From NCBI RefSeq assembly GCF_022045235.1, contig NW_027266308.1:59148001-59212000 (forward strand): a DNA stretch of 64,000 nt, read 5' to 3'. The notes under the pieces are model-generated. The model saw only the letters and a list, made by a program, of their open reading frames with translations. It was not told where the DNA came from and made no database searches. Every line of letters starts with the position of its first letter. Position 1 is the stretch's first letter. Both the position numbers and the translations under genes were made by a program. The DNA is from Haliotis cracherodii. Taxonomy: Eukaryota. This document shows, one piece after another, positions 29,089-43,350 of this stretch.

Positions 29089-30469
29089 TCAACACAAAGT
29101 TTGTTGTATCCTCTTTTGTAGAATTGCAAATTAAGTCCATATGCACAATTTGCGAATAAAACGGATCCATTTTGTGTTTGTGCGTCTTCATTAGCAAGAA
29201 GAAGCCATACGCTTTCAACCTGTTACTACGGAATGTGTCAACAGTATGTTCGCTTCTGTAAGCTATACTTTACAGTGGTAACCGTTATTTGAAAATATGA
29301 TGTGCTGGAATAACATTTCCAAAATGTATCTCTCCAAATCAAAACAAATGCATTTACAAAACAAGATTACAAATACATTCGGAAGAAAATTATGCAATTT
29401 CCAATGCTTGTCGGAGTCTGTTAAACATAGATGTGAGTTTGATTCATGATCAGCTGTTGTAGCTCTGCTTTTTATTTGAGAAATACCACAACTTACCGCA
29501 CCCTAATCGTTTGTTAATATGACTATATATAACTATATATGTGGCAATAATATGATCTATTTTAGCAGTTGGGAATAGATATAAACTACCGAAACTCAAG
29601 AGTAATCAATGGTTCATTTGCACAATAGTTGAATGAGTGACGATATGACGTACACTCATGCAAAGTTTTATCTCTATTAATATTTGAAATTCCGGTTTAA
29701 TTAAATGACACTTTTTTTATCTAAGATGTTTACATATGTGAGACATGCATCACTTTCCTTCAATATTAAGCTGATATAACTGGAATACTGTTCAAAGCGG
29801 CGTTAAATCCAACTCACTCACTCACTTTAACAGAATGGGTTTGTGTACATCGGATATGCTGGACGTTCTGACAAATACATCAATATGGGTCCAGAAAAAA
29901 CTACTTATATATGGAATATATATTGAATTTATGCAGTGGGAAGTTGCATTCAGCGTTTGAAATATATCGTATATTTATTATCTTTTTTTCTTACTAGTAG
30001 CCACCGGTGCCAGGCAGAATTGATTAATAATAAAGGTTCGTGGAAGTCCGTTGTGTTTTCCTCGTGTAAATTTAATATTCCATTAACTATTCTTAATACT
30101 CTAAATGGGATTTTGCAACGTGTTCTGACATACACATTGCCTTTTATGCATATGCGGAGGAACGTACTGACATTGCATGTGATTGCATTTGGTTGGGAGC
30201 TTGTTGGCCTTGGTTACCTTTAAAATCTCGTTACCTGTGCCCGGTAATCACGCGCGTTAGAACAAGTCCTACCAGACCATGGGGTTTCGTAGTTGAAAGC
30301 AAATAAATACCAATGCGTTCTTTTATGCGTTCTTCTCCATACAATCATGTGTCTATAAATGTTTAAGATACCGGTGTACATATTAGATGTCCATATACAA
30401 TCAATAAAACAACTATGCATTATTACATAAAGCATCCTGGCCGTCTCACTGTTCTTGTGTACCCAGGGC

Positions 30470-30775
30470 GTCTGACCGGAGAGCGTGCTTACTAAATTGC
30501 GCTAAAAGATGGTACTTGTTGTCACCCTTCTTGGCACATTGCACAAAGGCGATAAAACAAGAACTGGTCGGCCCGGAGTCAGTGTACTGTGTCTGAGTGG
30601 GATATTCATGTTAAACTGCGGCATGGTATTTCAGTGGGCTAGCACTGCAAAAACCGACTTTACTCCGGATTACAAAACACACACATATGTGAGCGCGCTC
30701 ACGTACGCAAACACACATGTGGCTATTCAGGTGCAACAATCTTGAACGCGATGTTAAACACATTTCACCTCACCT
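30470..30775 (+). mobile_element. SINE family A copy, 5' degenerate
   Basis: aaagatggtacttgttg...cagtgggctagcact...cacctcacct. Confidence 0.8.
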
Positions 30776-32242
30776 CCAGCTTACAATTATCTGAATTTCT
30801 ACTTTGACGAAAATGGTGCTTTAAAAACTTTCATATTACGCTGCTTCCTTACATGTTAAACTTCATAGCTTGTGCCAACAGTGACATAATAGTTTTGCCA
30901 TGTAAACCAAATTGAATTCCGAATTGATGCGTTTTGTAAATTTTGTACACGAATATTTGAACTGAACATTTATACGTAATGTTTTCTATTTTCTTGAATT
31001 TATCTTCTTTTATTAAGGACACGTGATCCACATTATGAGCAACTGATTCAATATCAGGGAAATCGATCCCTATTGAGAACAAACGATCCAATACAAGGAC
31101 AAATGACTTACATTAACTGTTAAATACGTTTGTTTTAACTTCATTGCTTTTGGTTTCGACGAAGTGACTGGCATGTATTACGGACAAGGTATGTGAATGT
31201 GTGTGTGTGTGTGTTGATTGTTTGTTTTTTGTTTAACATCGCAATCTGCAATATTCAAGCTATATGACGGCGGTCTGTAAATAACCGTGTCTGGGCCATG
31301 CCAATCCTGAATTGACATCATGAGCCTCGATCTTTTCAATTGGGATACGATATCATGCATCAACCAAGTCAGCGAGCCGGACCACCCGATCCATCCTTTA
31401 GTCGCCTGTTACAAAAAGCATATTCGACCCTTTGGACAAGCATGGGTTCTAACCCGGATCTTTATGGGTCGTGTGAGTTGTAAAGCGACCATCTTCATTA
31501 TTTATTGGAACCACTTGGAAGACATGACCTTTGAACAATGATGACGTAATTACTCCAAATGAAACTAAATGTTGCTCCCTCAATGTTTCACTGCCTAGTA
31601 CTACTAAGAAACACAGATATAAGGGGACGTAAAACAAGATAGCCGACTTGTTATAAGGGAGTAATAACGGTAATATATGTCATTACTATTACCATAATAC
31701 ATGAAAACGTCACATAGGTTTTTCATAGTAAAATGAATGCTATGGGTGGACTTGGCACTGACATTTAGTCGCTGTTCACCTGATTTACCAACTGTTTCCA
31801 GAAAAGGTTCTTTTGAGTAGTTCTCTTATGCCAATGCATGTGTATAATTGTGAATGAGTGAATGATTTTTCCAGCACTGTCAGTAATATTCCAGCTATAC
31901 CATAATTGTACATAATCTAATCACAGCCAGGCAAACCATTGTTAAGTAGTATGAAGAAGGCCCCAGTCCGTCGGGACTTGATTATCCAATGTGAACAAGA
32001 CTACCTAATCCACATCATTGGGTGTTCACCAGTGTTAATATAAATGAGGGTTGAGGGTTAAACATCTAAGACCTGCATCATTTCGGGTGTTCCTCCCTCA
32101 TCAAGCAGACACGTCTAATTCACTGACTCACTCATACAAATGACCAATCAACCTTTGACATACATTTCTAAGTATGTATAGCAAATGATAATTAGTATTT
32201 TGCACACATGTTATTAATGTTGTCAATATATTTTATGCACAG

Positions 32243-32468
32243 ACTTTTTGAGACACACCCAGACGTCCAGGAGGTGTTCATGCCTTTCAAGGGAAAATCA
32301 AAAGAAGACCTCAATCACAGCGCCCAGCTGAAGGCCCATGCCCTCCGCGTGATGGGAACCGTCGAGAAGTGCCTGGCCAGAATCAATGAGCCCAAAAAGA
32401 TGGAAGAACTCCTGCACGACTTGGGAGCCAAACACGTCATGTATAATGCTAGGGTTGATTATATAGAT
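32243..32468 (+). CDS. Globin X-like (GbX/GbXL-type) globin, internal exon 2 (helices B12 to G6)
   Basis: Acceptor ttttatgcacAG| at 32241-32242 (phase 2) and donor |GTAAGT at 32469 (phase 0). The 226 nt encode (x)LFETHPDVQEVFMPFKGKSKEDLNHSAQLKAHALRVMGTVEKCLARINEPKKMEELLHDLGAKHVMYNARVDYID. CD1 Phe, E7 His (LKAH) and F8 His (LGAKH) are present. LFETHP, AHxLRVM, EKxxAR and HxxYNA are globin-X-like. Intron positions are the canonical globin B12.2 and G7.0. Confidence 0.93.
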
Positions 32469-32989
32469 GTAAGTATAAATGTTGTGGAGTCATTTTTTAT
32501 GTTTGGGTTGAGATTTGATGGTTGGATGGTGTGTAGGGAGGACCAGGCATTTGTGAGAGACTCCTTTATGAAAAAAAACCAATTAATCAATTTGCAATGC
32601 CGCAAAAATTCGGACAAGCTAGTTCAAAGCAAGATGTGTCCGAAGGAGGGAGGATTCTTCATGCATGCTTTTGTACACAACTTGGTGGTGCCATGAATTA
32701 AATGGCATGTCAATGGTCAAGATTTGTATGTTGATTATGTTTGAGGTTAGTGAAATGGGGTATACTGTCTCGTTCAGGAGTATAACACTTACATAGCGAC
32801 GAAGAAGTGGGGCTACTTGTACTAGTTCGTACTTCGTAGGTATTATTGTGCTTGTTCACTATACCATACCGCAGTTTTACCACGTATACCCCATATTATA
32901 CTGACCAGTCCTTGTTTTATATCCTTAACGCCGAACGCGAAGCAGGGTAATAACAAAATATGTTTGAGGACTTCATAATGGGAGTACAC

Positions 32990-33310
32990 TTCAATGCTTG
33001 GCATTTTCTGGGCAGGATTTAGATGATGGTTCTGGGTGTAACACTTGGGATCCGAAGCCACCCCTACAAGAGTTGGTCCATATTTCGTGGCACACCAGAC
33101 GTACTCGACGTCCAGGTGTATGCAATTGATGTTAAATGTGTTTGAGGTCGGGACTGTCAGCTTGCCAAAGCAGAACGTGATGTTTCTATGGTCGGACGTT
33201 GTCCTATTATATTCACACTGATGTCGTGCATAGGGCAAAACGACTGACCTCAAAACCTCATCACGATAATGAATCCCTTTGAGTCGATTATAAAGACGGA
33301 TGATGTCCAT
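32990..33310 (-). mobile_element. Tc1-like transposase remnant in globin intron 2
   Basis: Minus-strand L.GIHYRDEVLRSVVLP, then frameshifted DNVRP and PD..EYVW remnants (YxxILxxxV.P / DNxxxH / SPDLNPIExVW-like). Confidence 0.55.
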
Positions 33311-35419
33311 CCTATACGTAGAGGTAATGCTAGCCTACACAACCACTCAGCCACCACCATATCGGTAGAACTGCCGGTAGCTCGTGACACTGGACACTAG
33401 GCCCTGTTTTCCCTGATTCACAAAGAATGTAAAAATCTTATTGTAAACTCGTGTAACCTGTTCTTCAGAAATTGTTTGTAAACATGAAGTGTCAAATCTG
33501 ATAGGTCAATACATGACGACTAAATTCAATATTTCCATTGATTGGTCAGTCAACCAACGTATGACCTTCCGGTTTATCGTTTGAACACTATTATTACAAT
33601 ATACAAAGTGATTGTAGAAGTTGCTACATTAAAAAAATATATATGAACAAAAACATGTCGACGATGATGAAACGAGATGATCATTCCTTAAAATCAGAGT
33701 ATAGCACAACACCTCGGCATATCTGCAAAGCAATGTAAATATATAGATGAGACTCCGTTTTACCTGATCGACACCTTTTGCAGCTTCTAACAAAGTAAGA
33801 CAGTAGAAGGTACTAGACCATGAACGCATATGTGCTAATTACTTGCAAAATTTTAACTTTCGTATGTTCCTCCAGTGACAATGCCCTCTTAGGTGAACGA
33901 CTACAGAAAACACGCACAGAAAAATGTGTGAATTAATATACATTGAACAAATATATATATAGATATTGATGAGAATAAATATGTGATAAGGCCTATCCTT
34001 TTGTCTACACATTTCTGATATCAGAACGTTCGATAGAAATATACACATGCAAATGTAGGCCATAGTTTAAAGGTTGGTAAAGCGACATTTCAGTGTGTAT
34101 TGTACAATGCAATGAGATGCAACTCAAATGATCATTCTTCCTCTACCGCACTGACGTAGAAATATTGCCATTAATGCATTATCCACATCCATCCATGGTT
34201 TATAGCTGAACCTTTGATTCCATAAGTACATCTAGCTCAAACCAGATGAGAACCATTAATTGTTATCCAGACGCTGTGATCATTCATTGAGTGCATTGTC
34301 ACGCACATTCATCGTTACATTCCTATTCTGGCGACAGATACACCAACCAATGTCTGTACCATGACTAATACATAATACATTCAATGACATTTAAACAAAA
34401 TCTAGAATATATATTGTACAATGCTCAAAATGTAATAATGTTGACGCGTGTAAAATAATTATGTGAATAACTTGAACATTGAACGCGCTACGAGTCCACA
34501 CGGACTGACAATCCACATTTCTTTACCATTGTCAGTTGCATGGTTGATGTAACAATATCATCTTAATTAATATTGAGTGCTTCTGGTTTTGTCATACGCA
34601 TGCTCGTGGTAAACCTTACTTTTGACGTCCAGTCAAATGAGGCAGACATGCTGTGATATAACTGAAGTACTGTTCAAAGTGTCATTGAACCCAACTCCCT
34701 CACTCAACATGATTTTTTAATGGTTAAAAAAAGAAGAATGCTTATGCCTACTAATCGTGTCAGTGATATATGCACATTAAAAACAAAATTAGTACAAATA
34801 TACTGACATTCATTTGTGGAGTATATGGAAGTCATTTTACAAATGTTAATATTTGTATAGCTACATGTACATTACATACGGGCTTCAAACTTTCCACTAT
34901 TGGATGTTTACAATAGTAACGAGGAAAAGACAACTGTTCGATATTGTTTAAACCAGATCTAGACATTTTGTTGTAAAAAGTATATTATTAGACAATGTAC
35001 ATTTTATTTTGTCCTTTACAATATTGTACCGTTTGTGAGATTTAATAAGAAGCCATTGATTAGAAGTTCTGAATCTTCTCAATCTACTTGGGAATAAACA
35101 TAGCAAATATCTTAATAGTACAAGTACATTCACTTATATATATATACTACAGTATAACCTTTGGATAATATAATTCCTTTAGATCCACACCGTCTATGGT
35201 AAAACTGTTGATTTACTTATATTCTTAAGAAAGCCAAATGGAATTATAAGAGTGTGAGCATAGGAACTTAGGCTATGAGAGGCAATTCCATTGTTAATTT
35301 ATCAAAACCTGTTCACTCTTTAATAAAAGAATCGATATGAAACTGCATAGATAGTTCAATGACTGTCTGTCTGTTACTAATTAATTACTGATTAAGGGCG
35401 ATGTTTATCCCATACTGCT

Positions 35420-35700
35420 GTAGACGACCGTCCGGAGAGCAGTAGGTCGGGGGTTCGATTCCCGGCCTCGTCACACCAGAAGACGTTAAAAGATGGTACT
35501 TGTTGTTACCCTGTCTGGTGCTCGGCATTCAGGGGCTAAAACAAGTACTGGTCGGGATATTCATATTAAACTGCTGGTATCTTAGTGGGCTAGCACTGTA
35601 AATTGGGCATGAGTTCGGACTAGTACAATCAGCCACACACACACACACACACATGCATGCACCACACTTCACCATATTGATGTACACTTATATAACAACT
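35420..35700 (+). mobile_element. SINE family A copy
   Basis: ggttcgattcccggc...gacgttaaaagatggtacttgttgttaccctgtctgg...gtgggctagcact. Confidence 0.8.
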
Positions 35701-36676
35701 GCGATGTTATTAGGAAGTTACATTGACATATGTGTGTGTCTTGTTCATGCTTGTTTGTGTTAAACATACTTAATGGGGATTAGTTTTCATTCAATAACAA
35801 TTACAAGATCTGCATCGTTAAATATCAAAGTCTGAAGCAAAAATGATGAGTGATTGATATTATGAGCAACGAGCCATGCCGTACGTCATCCCGCCATCAA
35901 TTGCAAGTCACCGAACCTGACCACCCCATTACGTCGCCGCTTACGACTCGTATCGGTTGCTGCTAATAGCCAATCCTAACCCATAATTCCCACGGGTCCC
36001 CAATTAATGCTCTTACGACTAGCAATGAGACGCCTGGGGCAAATTCTACCCCTGCCCCCGGATGTATGAAAGAAAGCGCAGTTCAACAGACACATCGTCC
36101 TCACAAGTAGCTGGAATAATGCTATATTTTTACCACTGGTCCAATGTTTATATGTATATTTTTCTTCTTCACATACATGCCATGTTTACATGCACAGCTC
36201 TGTGTCAATCTTTTGAAAAGGCTAATGGCGGAGGAAGGTACCATATTTTTCCAAAACTAATACTGATGTTATATATTTTTCAGAAATAAAAATACACTTT
36301 AAGTTTTATTCTTACACTGTACCCAGGCCTTCATTACTGCTTTGAACTTGTCTCAGTGTTTCAGTCATTTTGGAAGAGTTTTAGTTCTATATGATGAGTT
36401 CATTCCTTCTCCCCAATCCCAGTCTTTTGCCGATTGAATGAATATAAACATACGGTTTATCACAATCGATGAAGAAACATGCATTGACTCGTGGTTGAAA
36501 AGGTGGTGCGTTACTTTCAACTTTGATATTTAACAATACAGATCTTGTAATTGTCAATTGATAAAAGAAAAATTCCACCAGCGTATGTTTAATTGTTATT
36601 GAAACAACTGAATCGTAAACAAACCATGATGAACACGTGAAGGCTGTTGGGCATTGGCACCAGCTCTCATATCGCC

Positions 36677-36832
36677 CACACACACGCCTTAAGACACTCA
36701 TACACACACACAAAGACACACAATCACCCTTAAACCCCCTCACGTTCAGACAAACACGCACCCTTACAGCACACACAGGCACATACATACACACACAAAC
36801 ATACACTCATCTCAACACAGACACAAAAACAT

Positions 36833-36868
<36 letters not shown>

Positions 36869-37096
36869 ACCCTAAAACACCTTTGCGCTTATACAAACAC
36901 ACACCCTTACATACACACACACGCAAGAACATACAGGCACATACACACACAAACACACACATAGGCATACTCTCACCTTAACACACACATACATACGCAC
37001 GCTTACACATACACACACAAAGACACCTTCACCCTCACACACCCTTACGCTTGCACAAACACACACCCTTACACACACACACGTACGAAAACGCAC
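36677..37096. repeat. Degenerate CA-rich microsatellite; also (GAGT)n at 37598-37654 and (TA)n(TG)n(G)n at 17514-17597
   Basis: Direct inspection. Confidence 0.9.
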
Positions 37097-40000
37097 AGGT
37101 AAAGGAATAGGAAGTCATATATCGTCGAGTTTCTATTAGTATTATTATTCAATAAAGTATAAACCTCCCAGAAACATGATATATTCAATCGACACAACGG
37201 CAAACGTTACAGTCAACACAATCACATTCAAAAGATAATTCTGAGATTTGGTAAAATGTTAAAAATCGCACAAAAATACCCCACAGATTTCTCTTTGTCC
37301 TTAGGTTGAAAATATTACTTTGATATTTTCATATTCCTTGATGCAAATCTTTTGAATACATTGTGCATGTAAATATACTTCACATGAAAGTCGTCATTCA
37401 CCGGATGATGGGATAAGGATCCATCTTTAAGTTGTAATTCATATAGAATATCTTCCTTAATATTACTCCTAGCTGAACACACACCACACCAATTAGATGT
37501 CGGTAGACAGGAAATTAAGGTCAGTTAGCATCAAGGTGTTGCCTGAATACGATATCGGCTTAATTGAAGTTGGGCACAGACAAATGTAGTCGATCATGTG
37601 AGTGAGTGAGTGAGTGAGTGAGTGAGTGAGTGAGTGAGTGAGTGAGTGAGTGAGTTGGGCTTGGATGGGTGGGTGTTTGTTTTTTTAAACGTCGCATAGG
37701 CAATAGCAAATTAAACGTCCTGCAGTGACAATCACAGACCAAGGTAAAGATCACAGGTTGAAAAGACAACGAATAAGGCATACAACAGAAAAATACATCT
37801 GCAGAAAGATATACACAGATATATGAACTATAATAAACATGATGAAGCATGTGTTCTGGCATCACTATCAAATAGTGATGTTGCCAGATGTTCGCGAAAA
37901 GATGAGCGTATACTGCCCAACATGTAGAACCCGTCACAAACACATGCAAAGGCAAGTCACTTGTTTTGTCATTCCAGGCTGATGGTGGGTTCGAATCCCA
38001 GATTCCCACAGTTTAACTACACGTGTAACTGTGTTAGACCTGTTTCCATTCCATCCACATTAATCTTCCACGTCGTGATATATCGGAACTGCTGTTCAAA
38101 GAGGTTCAACCAATTGCACCTCACCCGCTCAATCAGGATTTACGTCGTTTAATTAACAGAATGTTAAAGCTTTTATCGATGCATTGCAATTTGGGAGATT
38201 GTTACAGGTGTGGTATTAATGAAAGGGAGTATACTCAGTGTAAGTAACTTCTAAATGCCTCTAAAAGAAGTATACTTACTGGTTGGTTTATATAAACACC
38301 CACTCTGTAACAATATGTTGGACATAGTTTGTCAAACACCATGTTATAACACTTCCTTGGTAGTTTGACTCATGACATTTTAACGTTATGGAACATAAAC
38401 CACACGGAAACCAGTTTAAATACCAAACGCTTATACAATTATTAGTCTGTAATGATTACAAAGATAGTCGTGATATCAGCCTCGGGTCTTGGCATTTTAT
38501 ACTGTAACGACAGGATACGTGGTGTCAAGGGTAGAATAGTAAGAATACTTTTACATCGTGTTCATTGTTAGGCTCATGTTCCTAAATGATGCTCGCATCG
38601 GTAGCTACCCCTTCGTTCCTACAGAGTCATCGCATTCAAACCCCAACGGCGGTTCATTGCATCCCCGTGGATTGGCCAAAAGCGCTGGCGTGCTAAGTTA
38701 ATTAGCAACAATTGTGTTTACTTCCTTTTCCAAAGATAAAGCATCGCTGTTAGGGGTTGTTTAAATAATATCCGAATCACCCGCTTTTATTACCTTATTT
38801 TTGATGACATTTATTAACGTATCTTTGCATTTACAAAGAGCTATTTGAAAAACAAATGTTCTAAATTGATTATGTGCACGCCAGGATCAAAGACCCATGG
38901 CATATAAAGTAATCAGCGTGATGTAATATCCATAAAGATATACTGCGGGTCTGCCGATACGCTTTCTGATGGCAAGTGATTGAGACAATAAGCTATATCG
39001 TCGACAGTAATTTTCTCAATGGCTCTACATGGAATGTGGGCAAAATGTCTCTCCCTTGAGGCAGGACTTTATGCTTGAAAACAGACATTATTATCGGAGT
39101 TCCGTTAAATGAAGATTAATAGCTCCGGGAAGACTTCGGGATAACGACTCGACCCTTTTAGAGACAAGCCATCTATTCACTATTAACAAACAGCCTTATT
39201 ACGGGCAGGGGCCACTCACCATAGTTCATATCGGGTTGAGATTGGCACCCTGTATCTCACTAATAGGAATGGCTCTAACGGTAATTATGAAGATGGTTCG
39301 GAAGCCATCATGTACAATTTCATGAATTTGTAGCCGACGTCAATTCCCATTCAACGTTTTGCCGTTGAATTATTCCATTTCCTAATGTATCGCCACTCTT
39401 AAACTTATTAATGTCCACGGAAAGTGGAGAGGTATTTAGATAGAGCTAGGGAAAACATGAGCCAAGAAATTGAGGACAAAGACGTTTGTTATAACGACAG
39501 GTAGCCTCTGTTATCAGAACGACAGTGCAACAATTTGCTTTGAATTATGATCAAATAATTGCATCTGCCATGCCACGAAATGTCTATGCTCGTTTTGAAT
39601 GCTTCAAGCTATTTCCACCGTCACATATTAGTACATCCAAACGATGGTTCATCATGGTTTTATACAATAAACGAACAAAGCAATGTTTCTAACCAATCTT
39701 GTTTGAGGGCAACGGTGTTTTTATTGCATTTATTGCATTACGAATCCAAGGAAATGAGTTTAAATGTAACGTTTAGTTTTATTCAAGTCAGGGGTGTCAA
39801 ATGCACTGAGTAAAAGGGGTCATACTGTCGATAGGTATATTTCAGATCTGGGTTATCATAAGGATTGTCAATTTTAAATGTGAAACTTAAATTTGAATTT
39901 AAATTTAAAAGCTACGCGACCTAATTCACACACGTAATTCTTGTCAACCCAGTGGTCAAAGTCGCCTCTGTTTGCAGAGTTCCATCCCAGACCTATGCCA

Positions 40001-40165
40001 AGATATGCATCATGGTCTCTTGGTGCCAGACTCGTCCTGACCCTTATCGTTGGTTTTTCAGCACAATACTCATGCTTGATGGTTTCACTAAAATGGTTAA
40101 GGTCAATTTCTTTCTATCCACATTATGCTGACACAACGTGATCATTTACTGTTCAAAGGTGAGTT

Positions 40166-40326
40166 GGGGCGGTCGGGTAGCCTGGTAGTTAAAGCGTTCG
40201 CTCGTCACGCCGAAGACCCGGGTTCGAATCTCCAGAAAGGTACAATGTGTGAAACCCATTTCTGGTGTCCCCAGCCGTGAAATTGCTAAAATATTGCTAA
40301 AACGGCGTAAAATCATACCCATTCGC
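40166..40326 (+). mobile_element. SINE family B copy at the left junction of the duplication
   Basis: ggggcggtcgggtagcctggtagttaaagcgttcgctcgtcacgccgaagacccgggttcgaatc...cggcgtaaaatc. Confidence 0.9.
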
Positions 40327-42981
40327 TTAAGGAAGAGTTTAAACCAAACCATTCGCATTAGGATGGTAATTGTGGAAACACGGTATTTGAGGGAAATTGA
40401 TATGTCTAGCAATCGTTCCCGTGGCATGTAAAAATGAATCCATTGATTCAGGGAAGTCAATAGATCCACTCTCGTGCAGATTGTGTAGATGATACGCACA
40501 TTACCTAATATCATACCCACCGAAAACTAATGGCTCCTGTATTGGTAAAAGGATTTTCATTTCTGATTTACAGTACTTGGCGCATCCTCTTTGCCGATGA
40601 ATTTGTTTTCGTACATTGTTCATCATTATTACTTTCCTTCTCATGTCTCTTAAATTGTATCTAAACTGATTCACAATCGGCTATCAATCACCCCTGTTCC
40701 AGGGGGATTAGGTTCACGTTAAAAAAATTGCATCGACCGTACATAATTAAAATTACAACATTGAAATCGAAACGCTGAATATTTCATTCTGAGGCTACAT
40801 ATAAGTAACAGTGGTATTAGTTTCACGACTCTCCGAAGCCATAATCAGTGCGAGGGGACAACAGGTCCAAGGCACAGCAAAGCCCAGTGCAGAAGCGTTT
40901 CCCAAAGCTGTTGGGTATGCTGGTTGAAGGTTCGTATTTCAGATTTACCCCGACTACGTAGCTCTGAGTCAACACTATCAATGAACGGATTCATTTTAGA
41001 CTTGCCTCCAGGGTTTATAAGCAATTACCACGATCCCTGCCGGAAATCTGTTACAGTCGGCGTGATGACAATTCGGATGGTGTATGCCATCATCTACTTT
41101 TACCCCACGAAAAGAAATGTCTGTTGTTGATGTATTTGAACCCTTCTACCAAGAGACACTTTCCCAGGATGTTTATTTTTTCGTAAGATGTGCAATCAAT
41201 CGTTGTCTTCATGGGATATCTTTATTCTTGGTGTTACCCGCCGTGATATTGCTGGCGTATTGCAGGAAAAAGGCATTATATAAATTATGCACTCACAACC
41301 TACAGTGTGCTAATGACACTTGCTTCGTAGAACTACTTTCTTATACCTGCAAATTTAATCACTCGTCACACTTCGAAAATGTCGACAACCGCGTATTTCC
41401 ATGACGAAGACTGAAAGATGTGTTTGTTTATTTGAAGCAGGGCCATTTGGCGGTTATGCATATTGCTATTGGTAGACTGTGGGAATGTGCAGATGGTTCT
41501 GTAGTGACGAGACCAAAAACTGACAGTGGATAGAAAACAGATAACATCAGCATGACGGTCAGATCTTTCTAAAAAGAAAATAGTCCTTCCTCAGATTCCG
41601 TCCTGAAAAGAGAATTACGCGATGTTATAGGGTACCAGCTTCGAAAAATGTCAGACTTCGTCAGTCAAATTACATATCTGTGTCTGAATCAAAGTCTACA
41701 GTTTCACAGAGGCCTTGCCACCTGTAATGCCAATCAAATATAATCTGTTCTTGCGGTTGGTGTACCAAATACATCAGATTTGCAAAGTTGAACAACATTG
41801 GTCAAGGGAAGTTACTAGATTGGTGAAAATTTTAGCATCAAATCCTACCGGGTACTCATTCAGTGCTGGTTGCACAGAGGCATCTTTCAAACAAATTCTC
41901 GCTCATTCGAAGACACTAAGTGTAACCTGTGTTTCAGTGTGAAGCAGGACCGAAACCCTAAACACTCCCTTGAGTCAGTTGCTAATACAAATTTTCTCCG
42001 CGACCAATGTTTATCTTTTATAACTTCGTCTGATTTATGACCTGTGTGCAGTTTAATATTATCATTTGTATTATTTTTACTACAAATTAGAAAGTAAAAG
42101 GAAAAGACATATTGAAAATATTCAAAGTAGTAAAACGGATAACACATCATATGCATTTTTAAATTCTGATATTACCAGACGTCACGACGATATACTGGAA
42201 CAATGATTCCGTTTTAATTCCTACCAAAGACAAACTAGCGAAGTACGCTGAGCTAAGGATAATTCACCCCCATTTAAAAGCTTTAACGTTAAATGGAAAG
42301 GTACAGACTTCTGATTTATGAGTAGATGATTATCACTGTCTGTCAGATAGACAGCTTAACTGCACATGCCAACCAAGGCTGTTGATTCATGGTTTTGACG
42401 TCATTTGAAATTGAAAATTGGTATTGTTCCAAGTAACGAGGAGGCGATAATACATTATTAATGGCTGCAGAATTACAAAAATATGTTGCTGTCTTTCATA
42501 CTATTAGATAATCCTAGACATTGTGTATACATTAATAATATTAAATGTCTAAATATTTTGTTGTTTGAAAGAGTTTATACATTTTATAGATACTTGGTTG
42601 TGCGTAAATGTAATACATCTTCTATAAATATAAATACAATGTCATGTTTTTGGCTATGTACATGCAGCCAAGTCCCCTCGTTCTTCTTGGGGCTGTCTGT
42701 TTTTTATCTACATGTTTTATGTTTGGACATAATTTCGGAAAGAATGGTTTACGAATCCCTCGACTCCTAGGAAATGAAATGTGAAAAAACCCCAAGAAAA
42801 ACAGTGACCAGAATGCGTAAAATTTCAAAAACAGCATCTCATTTGCTGTCGCTACCAATATCAATAAATTATTTAAAATACCATAATTACAATTTTTGGT
42901 GAGAATTGTTAAACATCTTCAAAACAGAAGGAATTATGACGAATAATACATATGCGTACTGAGTGGTAACAATTGAGTGTT

Positions 42982-43080
42982 AGTGAGTGAGTATGGTTTT
43001 ACGCCGCTTTTAGCAATATTCCAGCAATATCACGGCGGAAGACACCAGAAATGGGCTTCACATATTGTACCCATATCGGG
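42982..43080 (-). mobile_element. SINE family B 3' half; similar fragments at 10425-10525, 26622-26750 and 58392-58480
   Basis: gtgagtgagtatggttttacgccgcttttagcaatattccagcaatatcacggcgg...acaccagaaatgggcttcaca. Confidence 0.85.
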
Positions 43081-43081
43081 A

Positions 43082-43350
43082 AGAGTGGTAATAATACATT
43101 TTAGTACTGAGTGGTTATAATACATTTGAGTACTGCATGGTAATAATACATTTAAGTACGGAGTGGTTATTATACATTTGAGTACTGAGTAGTAATAATA
43201 CATTTGATTACCGAGTAGTAATAATACATTTGAGTACTGCATGGTAATAATACATTTAAGTACGGAGTGGTTATTATACATTTGAGTACTGAGTAGTAAT
43301 AATACATTTGATTACCGAGTAGTAATAATACATTTGAGTGCTGAGTGGTT
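43082..43350. repeat. ~25-bp minisatellite (gagtagtaataatacatttgagtact)
   Basis: About 10 units with some higher-order repetition. Present only in duplication unit 1. Confidence 0.9.

Noticed and set aside
29936-30223. ORFs starting MGSC (also 13252), suggestive of the GbX acylation motif
   Set aside because: Both start with GTG rather than ATG and have no globin helix A/B similarity.
32208-32696. 162-aa ORF as a complete single-exon globin
   Set aside because: Only 32243-32468 is globin-like. The rest is read-through into introns across clear splice sites.
36387-37096. Long ORFs on both strands
   Set aside because: Artefacts of the stop-poor CA/TG microsatellite.
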